DNA of 64,000 nt, taken from an uncultured Gammaproteobacteria bacterium. GTDB lineage: Bacteria > Patescibacteriota > Microgenomatia > Levybacterales > GWA1-39-11. The stretch covers positions 47,551 through 111,550 of the forward strand of contig CAZVGS010000003.1 of the NCBI GenBank assembly GCA_964627245.1, read 5' to 3'. Shown in pieces: positions 59,097 through 64,000 of the stretch; position 1 is the first letter of the stretch, and every line of letters begins with the position of its first letter. A program made the translations under genes and the position numbers. The notes under the pieces were generated by a model, which was not told the DNA's origin, searched no databases, and saw nothing but the letters and a program-made list of their open reading frames with translations.

Positions 59097-60824
59097 TTAA
59101 TTGCAGTTTTTGTTAAATAGCGTAATGTATTTATTATAGTCAGGCTCCTTAAATTTTAGTTTGAGTACCGCAACGTGTCTTAATGCTGTACAATTTTCCG
59201 GCTCAAATTCGAGGTACTTAAGATCCATATCAAGCATGGGGCGATACCATTCAAGAATTCTGAAAAGATTTGATAAATCTCCAATTTTATCTTTACTGTA
59301 TTCATTCAGGTTTTTAATATTGACATTTTTCTCCGTTATTTCGTTTTCTTGAATAGCCAGTTTATTTTGTGGGTTGTTATTAAGAAAAATTATTATTCTG
59401 CTGTCAAGATAAATTATCTTCCAATTTGGATCTTTACTAAGAGAAGTTAAAACGGGATTTGTCATTTGGGTTTGATTTTTATGTTCATAAAAAATGGCAT
59501 TGATCTTATATTTATTGCTAAGCCTAACGAATGACGGATATGAACTTTCCATGGGGTAATAGACTTCCTTAAAAAATTTAGAAGGATACTGCTCGGGGTT
59601 ACCGTCAACAAATATTCTTTCCTTAGGATAAAGTCTATATTCTAAGTAATTACCTATATTATAGTTATTAAAAATCGGCCCACTGATCTTATTTTTAATC
59701 AAAAAATTTACAGCACTATTTGCTTCATCAATAACTCCAAATCCCACTCCGTGCAATTTGAAATTCAAATAGACACCGGGTATGGAAATTAGAATAACAA
59801 CAAGAACAATAGTCTCCTTAAGATGCTTATTTTTACTAATTACCGAACTCTTAAGTGCAATTATTACAATTCTAGTCATTACAATGAAGGTTCCCAAGGC
59901 AAAGAGTGGAAAATTTCTAACGGCAAAAAAGGCAAGGAGAGTAAAATATGCGCCAACAAGAATATCTAGTCTAGATATTTTCTTATAAAAAGTAAAAACA
60001 CCAACCCAAAGTACAAGTACCCCGGCGATAAAGTAAGCAAATGTTATATCGGCATAACCTTTGTGGATAGCTTGAAAAAAATTCAAGTTTTCAATAACTT
60101 CGTAGCCGTAATTTGTCAGAACGTGAAATGGATAAATTAATCCTTTAATATGGTTGGGATTTATTAGGCTTCCGAGAATGCACAAGGCAAATACTAGCGA
60201 TAGAGTTTTGGTTTGCTTTTTCCCTTTGTTAACAAAGGAATCTATGAAAAATATTCCAATAAGTCCCAGCCCTACAATAAAAAAAATGTGAAAATTAATC
60301 CACGATATCATTAAGATAGGAAGAAGATAAATCAGCTTCGTCGGTTTGTCCTTGAATCTGTACAAGACGAAAATGTAAATCGATAAAAGCAAATAGCTGA
60401 AAAGTTCAGGCTTAATTTCTGTTCTGTCCATTATCATTTGCAGATAGAAAATTCCGATAACCGATGCGATAGTAAGGTGCTTCTTAAGATACACAAAAAG
60501 CATGAGAAAGCTTGTGACTGCCAGAGTAACCGATAGTACTATCAAACCGTTGAATCCAAAAATACTCTTAATTAGATAATAAACAACTTCCGATAACCAC
60601 TGATTGTTCACAAAAACATACTCAGGATGTGTGAATGATATTAAATTTGTTTGGGGTACAGAAAGCGTTTTTGTTGTTATTTCGCCGAGCAGTAAGTGAT
60701 GTCCAAGATCAACATTTGTACCCTGAAGCGGAATAGGGTGGAAAAAGTATAAAAGAACTAATAAAAAAAAGGAAAGCGTTAGGGCGATAGATATTTTACT
60801 CACCTTTTTTATATATTTATTCAT
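59097..60824 (-). CDS. GT-C-like multi-TM protein
   Basis: DLGHHL.LG, WL.EV, KPELFS, W.N.H, NP, N.YN.G.YL and FVDG motifs. Confidence 0.7.
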   Translation of the reverse strand: MNKYIKKVSKISIALTLSFFLLVLLYFFHPIPLQGTNVDLGHHLLLGEITTKTLSVPQTNLISFTHPEYVFVNNQWLSEVVYYLIKSIFGFNGLIVLSVTLAVTSFLMLFVYLKKHLTIASVIGIFYLQMIMDRTEIKPELFSYLLLSIYIFVLYRFKDKPTKLIYLLPILMISWINFHIFFIVGLGLIGIFFIDSFVNKGKKQTKTLSLVFALCILGSLINPNHIKGLIYPFHVLTNYGYEVIENLNFFQAIHKGYADITFAYFIAGVLVLWVGVFTFYKKISRLDILVGAYFTLLAFFAVRNFPLFALGTFIVMTRIVIIALKSSVISKNKHLKETIVLVVILISIPGVYLNFKLHGVGFGVIDEANSAVNFLIKNKISGPIFNNYNIGNYLEYRLYPKERIFVDGNPEQYPSKFFKEVYYPMESSYPSFVRLSNKYKINAIFYEHKNQTQMTNPVLTSLSKDPNWKIIYLDSRIIIFLNNNPQNKLAIQENEITEKNVNIKNLNEYSKDKIGDLSNLFRILEWYRPMLDMDLKYLEFEPENCTALRHVAVLKLKFKEPDYNKYITLFNKNCN

Positions 60825-62484
60825 TAATTTTAAGCTTTTTGCCTGTTCTTAATGTAGTTACAACATAATAATTTTTCTCACTTGGATTTATGCGATACGC
60901 GTTTTCGGAAGCGGTAAGTGCAGATGGGAGGTCATTGTTTTTGTAACTCACAAGAGACAGCATGAACCAGAAGTTTTCATTATCCGGAAATTTATCAACT
61001 GCTTTAACAAGATTTATTTGTGCATCTTTATAGTTATCGTTCTCAATTTGAAGATTTATTAAATTATTAAATGCAAGGAAATTCGGACCAATGGCAATCG
61101 ACTCCTCAAACCAATTGTAGGCTTCATCTTTATTTCCGGTTTTATAATAATAGACTCCAAGAGTGTTTGTGTTATTGGGAGTCTTAAAGTACTCAACGGA
61201 TTTTAACAAATGAGTGTAGGCTTTATCCATTTTATTCATTTGCATATATTCATAACCAAGAGAGTTTTCAAGCAAATAGCTTCTTGTAACATTAACGTCG
61301 TGCCCATATAGTGATAGTGGACTTTTCCAGTCGCCAATTCTTATGTAAGTCCTTAAGATCAGAAAAGGTATAGTTAATATGAGAAAAATCATTACAGTCA
61401 GTTTTATCCGCTTACTTTTTACTAGATCTACAAAAAATCCGGTTAGTCCCAGAAGTCCAATAATTGGGAAATAGAACCATCTATCGGCTACCGTCATTTC
61501 CAGCGGGATTATCTGTGAATGCATAATAAATCCCCCGAAAAACCACAGCAGGAAAAATAAATAGATATTAAATTTTTTAGTTTTTCTATGTTTTAGAGAA
61601 AGAATAGTAATAAGACCAAGAATTGCCAGGAATGTTAAGTAAATTTCATTCGAAAAGCTGGAGTGCTCATTTAGCCATGTTTGACCCACAGCAAGGTTGA
61701 GCGGAAAGATAAAAGTTGCTATGTAGTAGTAAAAAATAAAGGGAATATTTTCTATTCTTTGAATTAATGTGAGATTGGCAAAAACGGAATGGGGAGTTTC
61801 TCCAATTCCGACTCCAGCAACTACAAATCGTAGAAAGGCATAGATAATAATGACAACAATTATTACCGGTAGAAATTTGTATTTGTTCTTTTCTTTTAGC
61901 AACAGTGGGAATGAGGTAATTAACCATGCAAAAAGAATTCCTGATTCTTTTGAAAGAAGAGATAAGAAAAGCAACCCCCCTATGAGATAGATATTATATT
62001 TTGGGAAAGGTTTGTATAGCGCGATTGATAAAGCAATCAATCCAAAAAAGACAAACATGACATCCTGCAGGTCCGAGACATATGCAACTGCTTCAATATT
62101 TATTGGATGAATTAAAAATATCACCGAAAGAATTGCTGATATTTTTTTTGAAAAGAATTTCTTCAAGATAAATAGAACCAGGATGGAGTTTGTGATATGA
62201 AATAGAAGTTGGGGCAGGTGATAATAGAGTGGAGTTTGACCAAAGAGTTTGTAAATCAACGAAAAAAAGACGAGCATGAGAGGTCTATAGAAATTGCCGG
62301 TTACCAAAGAACTCCCGCCCAGGTCGGAGCTTGATCCCTGGAATAGCCTGAGGATTTCAAAATTTTGAATGTAGGGATGATTAATATAGCCTATGTCATC
62401 CCCCACAAATCCGTTAAAAAATATCCTGTGATAAACAGCAAGTCCAAGTAGAGAAATTAGCGCAATAACGTAGCGGGGCTTCAC
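60817..62484 (-). CDS. TMTC-like protein O-glycosyltransferase with C-terminal TPRs
   Basis: F.GDD, YRPL, HPINIEAV, SKE, ADRWFYFP and W motifs followed by TPR helices. Confidence 0.82.
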   Translation of the reverse strand: MKPRYVIALISLLGLAVYHRIFFNGFVGDDIGYINHPYIQNFEILRLFQGSSSDLGGSSLVTGNFYRPLMLVFFSLIYKLFGQTPLYYHLPQLLFHITNSILVLFILKKFFSKKISAILSVIFLIHPINIEAVAYVSDLQDVMFVFFGLIALSIALYKPFPKYNIYLIGGLLFLSLLSKESGILFAWLITSFPLLLKEKNKYKFLPVIIVVIIIYAFLRFVVAGVGIGETPHSVFANLTLIQRIENIPFIFYYYIATFIFPLNLAVGQTWLNEHSSFSNEIYLTFLAILGLITILSLKHRKTKKFNIYLFFLLWFFGGFIMHSQIIPLEMTVADRWFYFPIIGLLGLTGFFVDLVKSKRIKLTVMIFLILTIPFLILRTYIRIGDWKSPLSLYGHDVNVTRSYLLENSLGYEYMQMNKMDKAYTHLLKSVEYFKTPNNTNTLGVYYYKTGNKDEAYNWFEESIAIGPNFLAFNNLINLQIENDNYKDAQINLVKAVDKFPDNENFWFMLSLVSYKNNDLPSALTASENAYRINPSEKNYYVVTTLRTGKKLKINE

Positions 62485-62543
62485 ACAAAAAGTATAACAG
62501 ATGCGAATTAAGCCTGAGAGATACCTTATGTTAAAATACTTCC

Positions 62544-62906
62544 ATGGTTGATATAAAAGGAAAAGTTATTGACGGTAAAAGAAGAGGCAAAGATTTGGGC
62601 TTTCCGACTGCTAATGTCTCTCTTTCCGGAGGTGAGGAAGAAGGTATCTATATTTCTTATGCTGTCGTGAACAACAAAAAAATGCCTTCATTAACATTTA
62701 TTGGTGCTGCCGTTACTTTTGGAGAGAAAGAAGTTCAGGCGGAAACCTACATATTGGATTTCGATGAAAATTTGTACGGCAAAGAAATTGAAATTGAGCT
62801 TTTGAAAAGGATAAGAGATAACAAGAAATTTGATACTAAGGAAGAATTGATAAGACAAATGGAAAAAGATAAAATAGAGGCAGAAGAGTATTTTAAGAAT
62901 GTTTAG
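62544..62906 (+). CDS. Monofunctional riboflavin kinase (RibF C-terminal domain only)
   Basis: G..RGK.LGFPTAN, ETYILDF...LYG and IR...KF motifs. Confidence 0.92.
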   Translation: MVDIKGKVIDGKRRGKDLGFPTANVSLSGGEEEGIYISYAVVNNKKMPSLTFIGAAVTFGEKEVQAETYILDFDENLYGKEIEIELLKRIRDNKKFDTKEELIRQMEKDKIEAEEYFKNV

Positions 62907-63480
62907 CGGAATAATAAGAGGTTATGAAAAACCTGCAAAAATAACAAAAGTCCACGGAGGCATCCGTATGGTTATCCCAGTTCCTAAAGATTGGGAAATT
63001 TCCGAAGGGGACAGTATATCCCTTGATGGTGTGTGTACAACGGCTGAAAAAGTTGAAAATGGAACCTTTGAGACGTACTTAATGCCTGAGACCCTCGATA
63101 AATCAACTTTTGGCGCTATTGAAGGTTCACATTACTTGAATATGGAAGTCCCCCTAAGACTAAATGATCTTGTCGGTGGACACCTGGTCAGCGGTCACGT
63201 GGACACAACGGCGAAAGTTATTGATATCGTCTCTGAAGAAGATTCAAAAGTACTGCAATTTGAAATTGGTCAGAATTTCACAAAGTACATTATTTATAAA
63301 GGCTCGATATGTATCAACGGCGTCAGTCTGACAGTAACTCAAGTTTCAAAAGACACTTTTTCAGTTGCACTAATTCCATATACTCTAAAGCACACGAATT
63401 TAGGCAGTCTTAAGGTGGGAAGCAAAGTTAATATAGAACTTGATTTGGTAGCAAAATACCTCGAGAAATTTGCGCAGTGA
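62899..63480 (+). CDS. ribE: Riboflavin synthase (alpha chain)
   Basis: MFSGII, GDSI..DGVC.T, GGHLVSGHVD, KGSI..NGVSLT and NIE.D motifs. Confidence 0.94.
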   Translation: MFSGIIRGYEKPAKITKVHGGIRMVIPVPKDWEISEGDSISLDGVCTTAEKVENGTFETYLMPETLDKSTFGAIEGSHYLNMEVPLRLNDLVGGHLVSGHVDTTAKVIDIVSEEDSKVLQFEIGQNFTKYIIYKGSICINGVSLTVTQVSKDTFSVALIPYTLKHTNLGSLKVGSKVNIELDLVAKYLEKFAQ

Positions 63481-63570
63481 CCTATTTAAGCATCAGTTTG
63501 TTCCTGATTTGTCTTTCAGAAGCCAATACCGGTTATTAGGTAAAGAGGCTGGGATATGCTTTTTAAGCCT

Positions 63571-63999
63571 TCATTTACCTTTCTTAAAGAGTAGGCGGTA
63601 AATGGAATAAATAGAGAAGTCATCCGTAAATAACAGGATCATGATAAAGAATACGCTGATCGCAATATATATTAGAGCCATAACTAAATAATTCAACTGA
63701 ACCCCAAGAATTATTGAAGCAATTACGCCCAAATTAAACACAAATGCCATGCTAGAGCTGACTTGATGCTCAGATCCCCTGCCAGGGATTTTGTCAGTAC
63801 CTAATAGTTTGGAAACTCCATAGTTATAAATATAGTCAAATGGATGCATGGGAAGTATAGCTCCAAGAAGTGCAATAAGAGCATTTACTGACAAAATATA
63901 TGGATTTACTAGCAATACACCTAGGGCAACTAGTAATATGTAAAGCGGGTAGCTAAAACGGATACCGTACTGAGCGCTTCTTCTCCCCGATGTAACACG
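63571..63999 (-). CDS. DUF4395-like membrane protein (5' end beyond the window)
   Basis: Frame open to the window end; RF...HPFD.IYN.G pattern. Confidence 0.65.
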   Translation of the reverse strand, partial: RVTSGRRSAQYGIRFSYPLYILLVALGVLLVNPYILSVNALIALLGAILPMHPFDYIYNYGVSKLLGTDKIPGRGSEHQVSSSMAFVFNLGVIASIILGVQLNYLVMALIYIAISVFFIMILLFTDDFSIYSIYRLLFKKGK

Positions 64000-64000
64000 A

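Overview
AT-rich bacterial chromosomal window whose gene content and compact proteins point to a Patescibacteria/CPR genome (Microgenomates-like; inference). Standard genetic code: RF2 is present and TGA is used as stop. It is mostly housekeeping: prfB, ftsEX plus a coiled-coil/C39-like hydrolase, tsaE-tsaC-tsaB, a nucleotide-sugar/glycosylation cluster (rml genes, ugd, rmd, gmd, uxs, GT2-GtrA, GT-C), secDF, cca, recJ, aspS, gltX, tRNA-Gln(CTG), a CsoR-regulated copper operon, lon, a GH1 glycosidase, further GT-C/TMTC-like transferases, riboflavin kinase and riboflavin synthase. There is no CRISPR array, rRNA or intact mobile element. The most notable signals are in non-coding DNA: (1) a perfect-consensus promoter, an 18-aa leader peptide and a four-segment attenuator upstream of two orphan ORFs (33357-34142); (2) at least 11 genes with a -10 hexamer exactly 6 nt before the start codon, implying pervasive leaderless mRNAs; (3) a CIRCE-like operator over the lon promoter; (4) a junction fusing two 5'-truncated genes (a GT-C-like protein and a large serine recombinase) at an inverted repeat near tRNA-Gln; (5) a 25-bp direct-repeat/switch element between prfB and the ftsEX operon. 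All protein assignments come from motif recognition by eye, not database searches.
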